Positions 1 to 12,857 of a stretch of 64,000 nucleotides of DNA are shown one piece after another. The stretch's first letter is position 1. The number at the start of each line of letters is the position of its first letter. The DNA lies in NCBI RefSeq assembly GCF_963921235.1, contig NC_086097.1, forward strand, positions 41,790,001-41,854,000, read 5' to 3'. A program made the translations under genes and the position numbers. A model generated the notes under the pieces. The model had not been told where the DNA came from. It searched no databases and worked only from the letters and a program-made list of their open reading frames with translations. The DNA comes from Mobula hypostoma. Lineage: Eukaryota.

Positions 1-1408
1 TACAATTGCTGCCATGCAGATAAATGAACCACATTCACCTGTGTACTCCTTTGTGCCTCTTGGTGTCAGAGCACTCTACAAAGATTATTTTAGTTAGTTT
101 GTGTAGCATGTCTGATGATCATAAAATTCAATTAACTGACCCCTAGAATCCATTTCAAATCGGAAATGCACGTTCTTTTGGATGCAGGAACAGCTAGTTA
201 TCCTGTTTTGTTGTGAAGTGCTCTGATTCAGAGCTGTTTTCAGCCATTATCATGCTCTCATCTTTACTACATACTCTATTTATTACTGTGACTGTTTGGA
301 CAGAGACTGGTGTCAGCTTTTCAGCTCAGCTCTTCACTACATCACTGGAATAATCACTTCTTATTTATAGTTTCAGTAATACAAAAAGGCAGCTCATTTG
401 TCAATGCTGCTATATAGTTATGAACATGCACATTTTTTTAGTAAATAGGAAGAAGATTCAAAAAGCACTACTATTCACTGGAAGTCAAGAAGAGAAATGA
501 GGGTCACATAAACGTGTCTAACGGTTGTCCTACATGCTTCAAAGTATAATATCTGATCTTGGCCATTATTTGCATTAGAAAGGAAAATGCAATTCAATTC
601 AAGTTGTGCAGGTGCTGTATGCTATTTGATAACCTGACCTTCATTTCAGTCTTGAAATAGTATTGTAATTGCGCAGAGAACAGAAATGAAAGGAAGTGTG
701 CTGGCTGCATTTAATAGCATCACCTGCATTAGTGAATCAATATATCTTTAAAAAGATGGCACCCTCACCCCATTTGTCACTCTCCTGAGTTTGTTGTACT
801 TAACAAATGTCAGCGATAAGCAATATTCCTTTTTCTGGTGCACAGATCCTTTCATAGTGCTCTGGGTAATTGCCAGGAATCCCATAGCACAAACACACAT
901 TGAATATGACAAGTGACAGTGATCTGATAACATTATTTCACAAAACAAAATGCACAGCTTCTTCATTGTTCCTCTGCCCCACTCTGGGGTTGTTTGTTGA
1001 ACTGAAGCATTGCAGTCGAGACAACGGAAACAAGAACTGGACCTGGCCTTTAACTTGAGGTTGGACAGAACTCCTTGAAGCCCACACTTGACAATGTTAA
1101 TGAGCAAGGAATGACAAAAAGCATATTCTTTAACTGCATTTCAGACACTTATCCAAACTAGAATAGCTATAGCAATCTCTGGTACTGTTGCTGCAGTTGA
1201 AATACCACGAGCTTCTCTAAGTCATTGAATGTGTTTGGTTGGACATGCGTTGCCAGTTTGCCTATTCTTGTTTGGTCAGATCTTTGAAGTGCCTCCATAA
1301 TACTATTCTAGATGTGCAGATTCAGCCACTCAGACACCCTACAATGATAAGGAGGTAAGTGATTAGTGCAAGACACCAGTGGCTCACAGTACTTACATGG
1401 AGCCTAGT

Positions 1409-1660
1409 TAAACACAGAGACACAAAAGCAGCAAATAATCTGCTGGAGGAACTCAGTGGGTTGATCAGCATCTCTGGGGGTAAAGAAATTACTGATATTT
1501 GGATTGAAACTCTACAACAAGACATAGACACACAGGAGACTGAAGATACTAGAATCAGGAGTGAAAAAAAAGCAAATGCTGGAGGACGTTAAGTCGACTG
1601 TTCCTTTCCCTCCACAGGTGCTGCCTGACCCCTGAGTTCCTCCAGCGGTTTGTTCCTCAT
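1409..1660. mobile_element. Degenerate Penelope pseudo-LTR-derived remnant (inverted halves)
   Basis: 'ctgctggaggaactcag' on one side and 'gtcgactgtt...tgctgcctgacccctgagttcctccagc' on the other. Both resemble the terminal repeat at 16880-16945. Confidence 0.5.
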
Positions 1661-1926
1661 CCAAGTCCTTACCCAACTTGCAATTGTTGCTGGTTTCTCT
1701 CGTAGTTTAGCCAGACTGCTCCAGTGGCTGATACACCATTCAGAGTTTCACCAGTGCTGAAGCCGACTTCTTTAAACAAACTCATGATTTTTGATTTTAA
1801 ATATATGCTGGAGATATTGGTCAACTCACTTGATCACATGTCCACATACAGTTTTAAGAGGGTTTTAAAGGCATCATAGGTTATGTCATAAATTTGCCCT
1901 GCAAAATTTTTGGAGTTCTTTTAGCA

Positions 1927-2000
1927 CAGGAGTTCTCAAACTTTTTTATGCTATGAACCCTGACCATTAACTGAGGGATCCGTGGATGCCAGGTTGGTTG
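1927..2000. mobile_element. Short degraded hAT-type MITE
   Basis: Starts 'caggagttctcaaactttttt', resembling hAT-Charlie TIRs (CAGGGGTTCCCAAC). The right end 'caggttgg' is decayed. Confidence 0.35.
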
Positions 2001-2239
2001 GAGGAATACTCTGTTTTTTTGTGAGAAAAAAACATCATTGCAATGTTGAGCTTAGCCACATAGAATGAAGATCAAATAAATAATGGTAAATTAATCAAAG
2101 ACATAATTCACCATGCAGATCTTAGCATGATTTTGGGTGCTCCATTCTAAAGCGACTTTATTCTGGAGCATGAAGCAACTCTCCGGAATAATGTCACAGA
2201 CGGAAATCTATCCTTGAGAGCAGATCCTTGAGACAGTCA

Positions 2240-2580
2240 AGCAATTTCCATTAGAGCGGAGACGTCCTGGAGTAGAATGAATGAAGGTTTTTAACATGAT
2301 GAAACGTTTCAGTGGAATGAATAAAGAAAGAGCTTTTCCTCTGGTTGAGGAGTTGGCAATTTAAAATTGTCACTGGAGAGAATTAGAGAAAAGCTTAAGA
2401 GAAATTTCTTTATCTAGAGAGTTGCTGGAGCATAGAACACTTTGCCACCAAGCATAGTTGAGAGAGATTACATTGTACCTATTAATAGAAAAGAAGATAA
2501 ATAACTGAAGCTGAGGAAAACATAGGGCCACAGGGAGCGTGTGAGCAGGGTGACTGCTTCTCTGTTGCAAAATTCTATAC
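2240..2580 (+). mobile_element. Old CR1 LINE 3' fragment
   Basis: Degenerate match to the CR1 RT C-terminal and 3'UTR region seen in younger copies in this window. No ORF. Confidence 0.4.
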
Positions 2581-3319
2581 CTCATTCTCTCATTGTTTCA
2601 CAAGCAGCAGCTGGATTGCTGGCCAGAAGCAATTTCAAGTAGTTTTATTATTTTAAGCAGCCACAAATAAATCTTGTCATTGCTTTACAATGCATATAAT
2701 AGTATCCCTTTATTCAAAGAAGAAACTGTTGTTTGTGCTGAATGAACAGTGTCCTGCATCATTGATCCTATATCCTCCTATTCAAGGGTTTAAATGAAGG
2801 CCTCAGTTCTGTTGTGTGCAAGCTCTGGGCTTGTTTATTGGTACCACAGCCTTTCTGTGCCCTCAGTCCCTCAGTCACTGCCTTGTTCAATCTTGTCAAA
2901 CAGTCTGCTTCGCTACAATTATTTGTAGCTGGAGTCCCTTGTCATCGCATCGAATATTCAAGTAATCTACTGGAATTCCTCTGTTTTTCCATTGAGAAGA
3001 AAGAAAATACATTTGAGTGTCACATGTTAAGTGCTTGATTGCACTTCTAGCTCAGTGCCCTCTTTGGTAGCCATTAAAGCTTACGTAGAAACTGAGAACT
3101 TCTATTGGCTGCTGTCACTGTAGTGTCTGTTCTTTGAATCAAAGAGATTCATTCCTTTCACTGATTTATTCAATGTTGGGACCAATTAGGACTTATTGAT
3201 TACATTACTCATTCTAATGTCTTACGTTGGCACCATCGGATCTAAAGTCACAAAATTGTGGGTTCTTCTCTGTCCTCTCCATCCAGTGAAAACAAAAAAT
3301 TATCTCAGCTGAAAATCAA

Positions 3320-3440
3320 AAACTGAAGAGGATGTCAATCTGAAATAAAAACGAGAAGGGATTTCAACCTGAAACATCACCACTGTTTCTCTTTCACATA
3401 GCTACTACTGGCCTACTGCATGTTTCCAGCAGGTTCTGAA
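3320..3440 (+). mobile_element. Degenerate Penelope pseudo-LTR with decayed hammerhead core
   Basis: 'gagaagggatttcaacctgaaacatc...tactggcctactgcatgtttccagc' is similar to 16855-16930. Confidence 0.45.
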
Positions 3441-3474
3441 AATGCTGTAGTGCAGTCAGGTAGAATGCTGCGCC

Positions 3475-3780
3475 CGGCTGCACGCTTCGCCCTGCTAATA
3501 TGATGAACAGAATACCAAGGCTTTGGGCCTACTGCGGGCTGCTCCAGGGTTTTCAATCTAAGGAGTCAATTTGGTTCGGAATGCTGTTGTTGCTGCTTGA
3601 TTCTATTGTTTTGATTTTTCCTCTTTCTCTGTGGGCACTGGGGGTTGGTCTTAATTTTATTTTAATTGGCTTCTTTCAGGTTCTTTGCTTTGTGACTGCC
3701 TGTTAAGCAAACATTTCTCAAGGCTGTGCCATTTATACATTTGTTGACAATAAATACACTTTGAATGTTTGAATCTTGAA
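3475..3780 (+). mobile_element. 3' end of a LINE-derived non-coding element with (TTTGAA)-like tail
   Basis: Ends 'gacaataaatacactttgaatgtttgaatcttgaa', the same tail type as at about 8900, 51090 and 56120. Confidence 0.45.
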
Positions 3781-5093
3781 CTGCTGACCAGATCATTGAA
3801 ATGCAGTAATTCTACACTTCCAAAGGATCCTATTTTGAAAAAGGCCTGGGACACTGGCCTGGCCACAATTAAACTCTCACAATGACCTCACCTCTTTTCT
3901 TTATTGCTCTGAGTATATTGGCTGCCTTCTTTCCTATGGTACAGTGGCCACAACATGACATAAATAATTAATTTGGTACAAAGTTGAAGCTGTGAAAGGC
4001 AATGTGTGAAGCCATTAATTACGTCTCCTCTATTCCTTCTCTACCATAATGGTGAAACACAATAAGTAACATGTGTTTTGCACATGCCCTCAATTGTGCC
4101 TTTCCCATCTTTTCAAAGACATACTAAAACTTTTTATTGAAGATATAAATAGCTTTGTTGAACTGCATTGGCACATGTTAATGTACAGCAAAACAGCTAT
4201 TCACTTCATTTAATTTCATTCCTTTCTTTGAAAGGTTGGGAAATAGGAAACTGTGCTCTTTCTTGTTTCTGTATACAGCGTACATATCTAGATCTATGTT
4301 TAAATTCACGAGCTTGCCTCTGCTTCAGAGATTCATGCATAACCCTTATGGTGTCTAATAATCTTCATACCTTTATATTGCAGTGTCTGTTTTCTTGTGT
4401 TTCTAACCAGGCTATAAATAGACTCAGCATAATTAATATTATGATACTAAATAGTAAAATTAGCTATTTCTTTCTCTCCCTCCATTGACTAAACCATCCC
4501 ATACTCCACCACTCCACCGGTTTAAAAGAAACATATCCTACTATTTTCAAAATAATGGAAGTTACATAGATAGTTGGCTTCAGGAGATGACCTTGGCTAC
4601 ACATACAAAGCACTTCACTTCTCTTTTAAATCTCATGTTTCCATTTCCGAACATCTTTCCATTACGAAACTAAATCAACAATTGAAAAACATGAAAGAAC
4701 CATTTAAAAGAACTTATTTGTACTAATTCTTTTATTTTTAATAATTAATTTAGTTGTAAATTGAATAACTGTCTACATCAAACTTCATTGCTACTTAATC
4801 AATCCTTTAGAATTCTGTTGCTTTAATTGAAATATTTCATTTGTGCATGAAATCAGGATTGTCTTCTCTGATGCCACTTTTAACATCAGCTGAATTACCT
4901 CACCCATACCTTTTCTCGGTCAGTCCTATGGAAGTATGTTCTGCATTATATTTCCTGCTTAAGTCACATTACTAAAGAAAATGTAGAAAACATTTATATG
5001 GCCATTTGTCTGTTACTATCCTTTAAATTTTAGATATTTCTCAGCATATCTAAAACAACTGGAGTTTTATTCAGACAAAAGTTACGAAAAAAA

Positions 5094-5775
5094 CAGGGCA
5101 GGATTTGCACAGTAAAAGACAGGGCCCTGAGGAATGTTGTAAAACAGAGAGAGCAAGGGGTACAGGTACATAATTACTTAAAGATGACAACACAGGTAGA
5201 CGGAGTGGTGAAGAAAGCATTTGACATGCTTTATTTATCAATATCAGTCAGGATGTTGAATACCGGAGTTGGGACATCATGTACAAGACATCGCTAAGGC
5301 CTCATCTGGAGTCATACATTGCTTTCTGGTCACCCTGATTTAGAAAGAATGCCATCATACTGAAAAGGGTACAAAAAAGATTTATGAGGATGTTACTTGG
5401 TCTGGGTTTATAAAGAGTGGCTGGGTAGGCGAGGATGTTTTTTTCTTACAGGATAAGAGGGTGAGGGGCATAGATAATGTGAATAACTAGTCTTCTTTCC
5501 TGCAATAAGAGTCCAAAATTAAAGGGTTTAGCTTTAAAGTGAGAAGTAAAAAGTGAGCTGAGGAGCAACTTTTTCATGCAGAGGGTCATGCATATATACA
5601 ATAAGCTGCCACAGGAAATAGTAGATGCAGGTATAATTATGTAACTTAAAAGACATTTGAACAGGTACATGGACGGGGAATGTTTAGAGGGGGATGGGTC
5701 AAGCACAGGCAAATGAGACTATTTCTGTAAGGCACTTTTGTCAGTATGGACAAGTTGGGCTGAAGGTCCCATTTT
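5094..5775 (+). mobile_element. CR1 LINE 3' fragment (RT C-terminus and 3'UTR), degraded
   Basis: Homologous to the RPHLEYC.QFWSP and 'NFFTQRVV' regions of other CR1 copies, followed by a CR1-type 3'UTR. Confidence 0.8.
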
Positions 5776-6629
5776 CCAGTCTACTGAATTCAATCAGGAG
5801 CTTGTCAAACTCGTGTGGACACAGGCTACAGGTGAGGTAGAGGCAGTCAGTGTGACTTATTGTCAACACTAGGGTTCTCTGGACCTACTGTGTGGCCGAG
5901 CTTGACATTGTGAATTTGTGTAAAATGTTATCAAAATACTAAAACCCATCCTAAAATAATCATGATGTTTAGTTAAAAACTGAGTGCTATGTAAAGTGGG
6001 CTGCAGGTTAGTTTTATGCTATCATAAAAAAAAAACTGAAGCTTACACCCAAATTGCATATTTTCAGGAAGGGTCAAATTGTGGAGAAACTAAATGGAGG
6101 GATGAAAAGTTCAACAATGTTCCCGGTGCCCTTGCAAGAATTAGAAAATTAGTCTGCGAGCTGTTCCATTAGTATCACCACGATTGTCAGTACTCATTTT
6201 ACTGCCAAATAAAATTGTCCTCAGCTTCTAATGACTGCCCACACGCATTAAACACGGAAATGATGGAGTTACTGTCAATGATAACCTGTGCCACCTCAGG
6301 GTGAAGTCTTTGCTAACAAAATCAAAAGTGGAATACCTATTTAAGGAGTGAATTTAATTTAGTTAGCAGCACCCCACCAAAACCAAAGAAAATGTAAATC
6401 TTATTCAATTATGAGAAATTGAGATTTTAATATCAGAGTCGGTCATAATTTGTTGCTCTGATTAAATTTCTGTTTTAATTCCATGGAAGTGTTCCAATCA
6501 CCATCTTATTTTCAATGTAATGAGCTAAACCTTTTCCAATTGACTGTTTTCCCAAGAGTGTAGAAACAATAATCTGATTGGTTTGTCAGCAGCCTGCCCT
6601 GTTCCTGAAATCTATAGATCGAAAATTAA

Positions 6630-7245
6630 TATCATGTTTGTTATCACTAACATCTGTCATGAAATCTGTTGTTTTGTGGCAACAGTGCAGTGCAAGACAT
6701 AGAAGATACTATCTGTAACAATAAGAATATTAATAGTGCAAAAGAGGAACGATGAAGTTGTATTGATGAAATCTGATGGTGCATGGGAAGAAGCTGTTCC
6801 TAAAACATTGAGTATGCACCTATACCTCCTCCCTGATGGTAGTAATAAGAAGGGGGCATGTACCAGACGATGAGACCTTAATGATAGATGCCCCATTCTT
6901 GATGCACCTCCTCTTGAAACTGTTTTTGATGGAGGGGAGGCTTGTGCACGTGATGGAGCTGGCTGTGTTCTACAACCCTCTACAGCCTTTTTCGATCCTG
7001 TGCATTGGAGGCTCCATAGCAGGTGGGGGTAACAGCAGTCAGAATGCTCTCTATGGTACGTTTGTAGACATTTGCTAGAGAATTTGGTTATAAACCAAAT
7101 GTCCTAAAATTCCAAATGAAATATAGCCACGATCATGCTTTCTTTGTGTTTTTCTCAATTGTAATGGACACAACGTAGATCCTTTGAGATGTAGACACCC
7201 AGGAACTTGAAGCTGCTCACCCTTTCCACTGCGGGCCCTTCAATG
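6630..7245 (-). mobile_element. Rex1/Babar-like LINE 3' fragment
   Basis: The minus-strand ORF contains 'FLLLPSGRRYR', the C-terminal motif shared with the RT element at 46580-47635. Confidence 0.75.
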
Positions 7246-7352
7246 AGATACAACATATGACTTGGATTACGATGATCTCTGTTGGACTACATAATAAATG
7301 TTTTGTGTGCTATTTTACATTACCACTGACCCACAAATTACGAACCAAATTA

Positions 7353-7425
7353 AGACCATGAGATATCGGAACAGAATTAGGCCATTTATCCCACTGAGTC
7401 CACTCTGCCATTTCATCATGGCTGA
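7353..7425 (-). mobile_element. CR1 3'UTR fragment
   Basis: Reverse complement of the 'tcagccatgat...aatggc...ggcctaattctgttcc' CR1 tail. Confidence 0.5.
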
Positions 7426-8579
7426 GATGGCAGAGCAGGTTCGAAATGGAAATATTATCAATTACTACGCAGAAAAGAGAAATACGAAGTGCATGCTAGG
7501 AAAAAATGAAACTCCCTCATAATGTGTGCTACATAAGATAGGCTACATTCATTTATTTTATTATCTATAAGGGGTAATTTTTCTCACATTGCAGAATTTA
7601 AACTGCACTGTTGGCCTAACACCCATTTGTGGTTTCAGTAATTAATAGCCATGGGTAGATCTATTGAAGCGATTAATACTAATCAAAAGAGCTTGAGACA
7701 GTATTCAAACTCTTTGAAATACGGAATCTGAAGCTGGTCAAATCATATCAGTGACAGGAAAAGAGGAAAACCAAGACTTGTTGCCAAAAGTTCATGTTAA
7801 AGAAGTAATGGGGTGAAATGTAAACACAAAAGGATAATTATTTATACCAGCACTAGAATAATTTTGAACTATATACTGTATGCCACTATATACTGTATTT
7901 TGCAGGTTATATTTTATCCATGTACAGTTATTAATGTTAATGCTATGGTTTCAAGCGTAGAAATCTGCAGATTAAAAGCTTACACATTGTTTTTTTTTAA
8001 TATTATGTCGTTCCAAGGCACAAGTCCCAATTCTTATTATGGAGATAAAATACAATAGATGCTGTGGGTTGATATTCAGCCTAGTAGGGATGAAGGCATA
8101 ATATATAGTTTGGAGAACATGACTGCATACCATTAGTCCCAAGATGATGATACCGCTGTTCTCATTCAATGCAATTTTACTCACTGAGCTGATGATAAAT
8201 TAAGAGGCTGCAGTCAATGCAGAACAATGATAGTCATATTTAAGCAGCTAAGCAGGAAGGCACTTTTTTTCCTGTTAATTCAGATCTGAGTTATTACACG
8301 TTGATCCAGTGAAGATCTAATAGCTGCATCACAGGCAGGATGCTTAGAGAAGCTGCTGGCACTGGCAGTGAACCACAAGTATCAAAGCCGTGGAGCTAAA
8401 GGATAGCTGAGGAGGAAGATATATAGCAAAATGACTTCAGCCTCTAAAAATAAATTAACCTCTTCAAAACTCAGTAACCATAAAGGAAAAGATCAAGATA
8501 AATTCTGAATTTGTGCAACAGCATGTGGCGGATGATAGTGTTTGTAGTCAATAGCAAAACAATTGCTAAGATATAAAAC

Positions 8580-8925
8580 AGGCGAAGACAGGTTCAACCA
8601 GTATGGATAACTTCACTCACCTCAATTCTGAGCTGATTCCACAACCTGTGGACTCACCTTCAAGGACTCTACCACTTATGCTCCCAGTATTATTTATTTA
8701 CTTATTTAGGTAGAACATTACAGCACAGCAGAGGCCCTACAGCCCACAATGATTTACTTTTTATCATTTGCACAATTTGTTCTTTGTCAGTCTTTTTACG
8801 TATAGTCTTTCATTATTTCAATTGTATATCTTTATTTTCCTGTAATGCCTGCAAGAAAATGAATCTCGAGGCAGTATATGGTGACAAATCTATTCGATAA
8901 TGCATTATTTTAAACTTTGAACTTT
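8580..8925 (+). mobile_element. LINE 3'UTR fragment (Rex1-like tail)
   Basis: Ends 'gcctgcaagaaaatgaatctc...aactttgaacttt', a tail type shared with other elements in the window. Confidence 0.45.
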
Positions 8926-9349
8926 CTATGCTATTGCATCAGAATACAATTTATGTTCAGCTCTGTTATTCTATCGCAAATTATAATCAAGATCCCCACC
9001 TGACTTGACCATGTTAAGCCAAATTATCTAATATAATTACATGTCTTATTCATACTGAAATAGTATACCACAGGGAAGCTTGGCCATGAAGAAACTCTTT
9101 GAAAGCAATAAGAAAATCAACAGGGTTCTTTTGTTCAAATCAGGCAGGAAATGCTCCATATTCTTAAGGAGGAACAACTGCAGCAATTTTTTGTTAAGCT
9201 ATTCAAGTATAATATATCTTTTGGCAGTAGCTACACTGATAAAATTTTCAGAGTAATTTATAGTCAAATTTGCACATGGTGGAAATATGAAGCGTTGCAG
9301 CTAAACTTTGAAGGGGCAGTGATGGTGCAGCAGAGGTTATATTTTATTG

Positions 9350-9840
9350 AAACCAAATGAATACTGAAAGACTAGATAGGTTGGATGTGAAAAGGATGTT
9401 TCCAATAGTGGAAGGGACAAGGACAAGGGGGCACAGCCTCAGAATAGAAGGACATCCCTTCAGAATGGGGAGAAGGACGAATTACTTTACCCAGGAGGTG
9501 TTAATTGGTTGCCACAGATGTCTGTGGAGGCCAAGTCTTTGGGTATATTTAAAACAGAAGTTCATAGGTTGTTGATTAGTAAGGGTGCCAAAGATCATTG
9601 AACTGAATTGACATCCTTCACATACAAGGAGTAAAAATCTGCACGGAGGCCAATTCTCTGGATTCTTTCAAGAAAGAGTTTGGTAGAGCTCTTATAGATA
9701 GCAGAATCAAGGGATATGGGGAGAAGGCAGGAACAGGGTACTGATTGTGGATGATCAGCCATGATCACAGTGAATGGCGGTGCTGGCTCAAAGGGGCAAA
9801 TGGCCTGCTCCTGCACCTATTGTCTATTGTCTATTGTCTA
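9350..9840 (+). mobile_element. Two CR1 3' fragments; the second ends in a (TATTGTC)n tail
   Basis: ORF 'MFPIVEGTRTRGHSLRIEG'. The segment 9645-9840 is nearly identical to 38977-39165, including the microsatellite tail. Confidence 0.85.
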
Positions 9841-9842
9841 AA

Positions 9843-10305
9843 TGTGCAATATGCAATTTATTGTAATTTATAATACATAGTATGTACAACAGTACAGTCA
9901 ATATAACATAGAAATACAATTGTATCAGCATGAATTAATCAGTCTGATGGCCTGGTGGAAGAAGCTGTCCCGGAGCCTGTTGGTCCTGGCGTTTATACTG
10001 CGGTACCGCTTCCCGGATGGCAGCAGCTGGAACAGTTTGTGGTTGGGGTGACTCGGGTCCCCAGTGATCCTTCGGGCCCTTTTTACATACCTATCTTTGC
10101 AAATGTCCTGATTAGTGGGAAGTTCACAGCTACAGATGCGCTGGGTTGTCCGCACCTTTCTCTGCAGAATCCTGTGATTGAAGGGAGTACAATTTCCATA
10201 CCAGGCAGTCATACAGCCAGTCAGGATGCTCTCAATTGTGCCCCAGTAGAAAGTCCTTAATAGTTGGGGAACCATACCAAACTTCTTCAACCACCTGAGG
10301 TGAAA
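9843..10305 (-). mobile_element. Rex1/Babar-like LINE 3' fragment
   Basis: ORF 9925-10290 reads 'FYWGTIESILTGCMTAWYG...LFQLLPSGKRYRSI...RLRDSFF'. It is a close sister of 54700-55055. Confidence 0.85.
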
Positions 10306-10649
10306 GGTTGTGCATTTTGGGGAGAAGGCAGAAAAATGGTGCTGAGAAGGAAAGTAAATCAGCTATGATTGTATGTGGAGTAGACCCGATGGGTGAATTG
10401 ACTTAATTCTGCTCCAATATCTTACGGTTTTATGGTTGTATGATGGAGATTCAAAACACATGAATTCCAATCCTATCCTGGTAGATGCGGAATTTAAACC
10501 TGGCAATCATCTGGAAATTAAAGGAATAAACAATCATAATCATGATGGAATCTGAAATATCGGATTGTCTTAAAAATGGCTAGTTCACTGAAATAACTTA
10601 ATAGCCAATTGACCTAGGAACCAAGTTCAGACATAGTAGAGTAACACCA

Positions 10650-11750
10650 AGTCTGATATACATAGTTAGGTCCTTGTCACTAGCAACAGGGTACTGATGT
10701 TTAACTGGAAGACCTGCCCCACAAACTAGCATAGCAATGGCCTACCACCTCAAAACTGACCATCGGCAAGGTGCCATGACCATTGGAAAACCAGTATGAT
10801 CACCATTATGATATATCCTCATTCCCCCACTCTAAAATTACTTTCAAGACAGAGCATTTACTGAGGAGTACAGATAAGAATATTAAGAGCAGCACAGGAT
10901 AATTGTCCAGGGATGCTCCATTCACAGAAGCAGGGACATGCCTAATTTGGTGCCATCATCCGCTCTCCATCAAAAGCAGAATCAAAAATGAGGATTTCAC
11001 CAGGATCACTTGAGTTCAGACTTCAGACTTGGTCAAAACGTTGACTCCAGATCTGAATTCCAGATTCAGGATGAAAGTGACATCAAGGTGGCATTTGGTC
11101 AAGTGTGACCTCAAAGAGCCATGTCAAGTAAATGAACATCAAAGAGCCATGTCAAGTTAATGAACATCAAAGAGTAAACAATTCAGTGACTGGAGTCACA
11201 GGTGGACAGCGGAAGATAGTTGTGGTTGTTAGTCAGACACCACAATTGAGAACATCACTTCTATTCAATTCCCCAAGCCAGTGCCCTCAGCTCTACCATA
11301 TTCATATAGTCCATAAATAACCCGCCTTCAAACATAAATTTAGAATGGGCAATTGCATAATGGTCAATTTCATTTGCATTTTTCTGGAAATGAGTCCATG
11401 CCTGCAAGCAGAATGACCTAGATTTGATTTGCTCTTATCAAGAAACATTAATGCCACCAAATTGCCAGACAATAAACATCCCTAAGAAGTTTTAGCTACT
11501 AAAATGGACATTCAATATCATTGACACATTCTGAGGGTCCTCATCAGCCAGATACTCAAATGGACCTATTGCGTAAGTACTGTGCCTTTCACGCCCAGCA
11601 GTTCTCAGTATCTTGTGGCAAGTGACTAACCTCTTGATTCCACAAAGTTTTTCTACCATCTACAGGGAACAAGTCAGGGGTGTGATGGGATACTCTCCAC
11701 CACTATGGAAGGTGCACCACCAAAAACAAATCAGGAGTCAGCCTGTCAAA
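10650..11750 (+). mobile_element. Ancient CR1/L2-group LINE RT relic
   Basis: Decayed motifs 'DIKVAFGQV' (DIxxAFDxV) near 11079 and 'TIYREQVRGVMGYSP' near 11655. Confidence 0.6.
11111..11174. repeat. 28-bp tandem duplication (about 2.3 copies)
   Basis: tcaaagagccatgtcaagt(a/t)aatgaaca twice, then tcaaagag. Confidence 0.9.
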
Positions 11751-12414
11751 GCAGGACTTTGGTAGTAGAAGGATCTACTCAAGGTATTGATAAAATACTA
11801 GGAACTGGAAGTTAGGAGTTAAAAGAGGCCATCCACCCTGAGAAATACACACTGGTAGACTGTAAACAGTTGAACCACAGTTTGCTTTAGGGAAACAGCA
11901 AACAGCTTTGTGGCTGTAATTGAATTTTTAGTTTACTCTGTATTAAATAATGTTAAAAAAGTATTGTATGGTTTGAAACTTTTTCTGTACTTATACTGGA
12001 TCGATTTAATATGCAACTAGGATGTACAGTTGGTAAATCTTTGGGCAAAGATTGCAATCATCAAATATTTCAGCTTTCTCTTCCTAATCCTTACAGAAAT
12101 CAAATTGGAGATTCCTTCTAATGCATTTACACAACTCTTGGGAGATTTGAGAAAGGTTGCTTCATCTCAGGTTAATGAATTGAAGAGGATGCTGCACAAT
12201 CTCACTTATCCACACAATCCCTTCCACCCATGCCTCCCATCGCAGAAGCAAGTAATTCAAAGAATGATTTGTACAAATGCACAAGAAAGGAGTGCTTTGA
12301 CTCCTCCACCATGAACACAGCTTCTACTTAGAGATCTATACTTGGATATTTCCCTTTTCTTCCAAAGATTCATTTACAAGAGGAAACCTGAAGGCCACAG
12401 TTTGGAATATAGAT

Positions 12415-12857
12415 ATTAAATTAACATGATAATGGTTGTGAAAGAAAATATAGATAAATGAATCATGAAATTTGTTAACTTTGTAGCAGCAGTACAATGC
12501 ATGCATGATAATATAGTGAAAGATAAATAATCTACGGTAAATATATATATATTTCTCTATATTAAATAGTTAAATTAAAAATAGTGCAAGAACAGAAATA
12601 ATAAAAAAAGTGAAGTAGTGTTAATGGGTTTAATGTCCATTTTGAAGAAGGTGAAGAAGCTGTTCCTGAATCGCTGATTGTGTGTCTTCAGGCTTCTGTA
12701 CCTCCTTCCTGATGGTAACAATGAGAAGAGGGCATGTGGGTTATGGGGGCCCTTATTAATAGACGTCTGATGCACCACTCCTTGAAGATGTTACGGATAT
12801 TACGGAGACTATTACCCATGATGGAACTAACTAACTTTACAACTTCCTGTAGCTTCA
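12415..12857 (-). mobile_element. Rex1/Babar-like LINE 3' fragment
   Basis: ORF 'HALFSLLPSGRRYRSLKTHNQRFRNSFF'. Confidence 0.8.

Noticed and set aside
61..70. TGGTGTCAGA resembling a tRNA-Leu PBS
   Set aside because: Only 10 nt, with no adjacent LTR or gag evidence.
748..1107. 119-aa minus-strand ORF in unique DNA
   Set aside because: No recognisable domain, non-ATG start and no convincing splice context. Likely a chance ORF.
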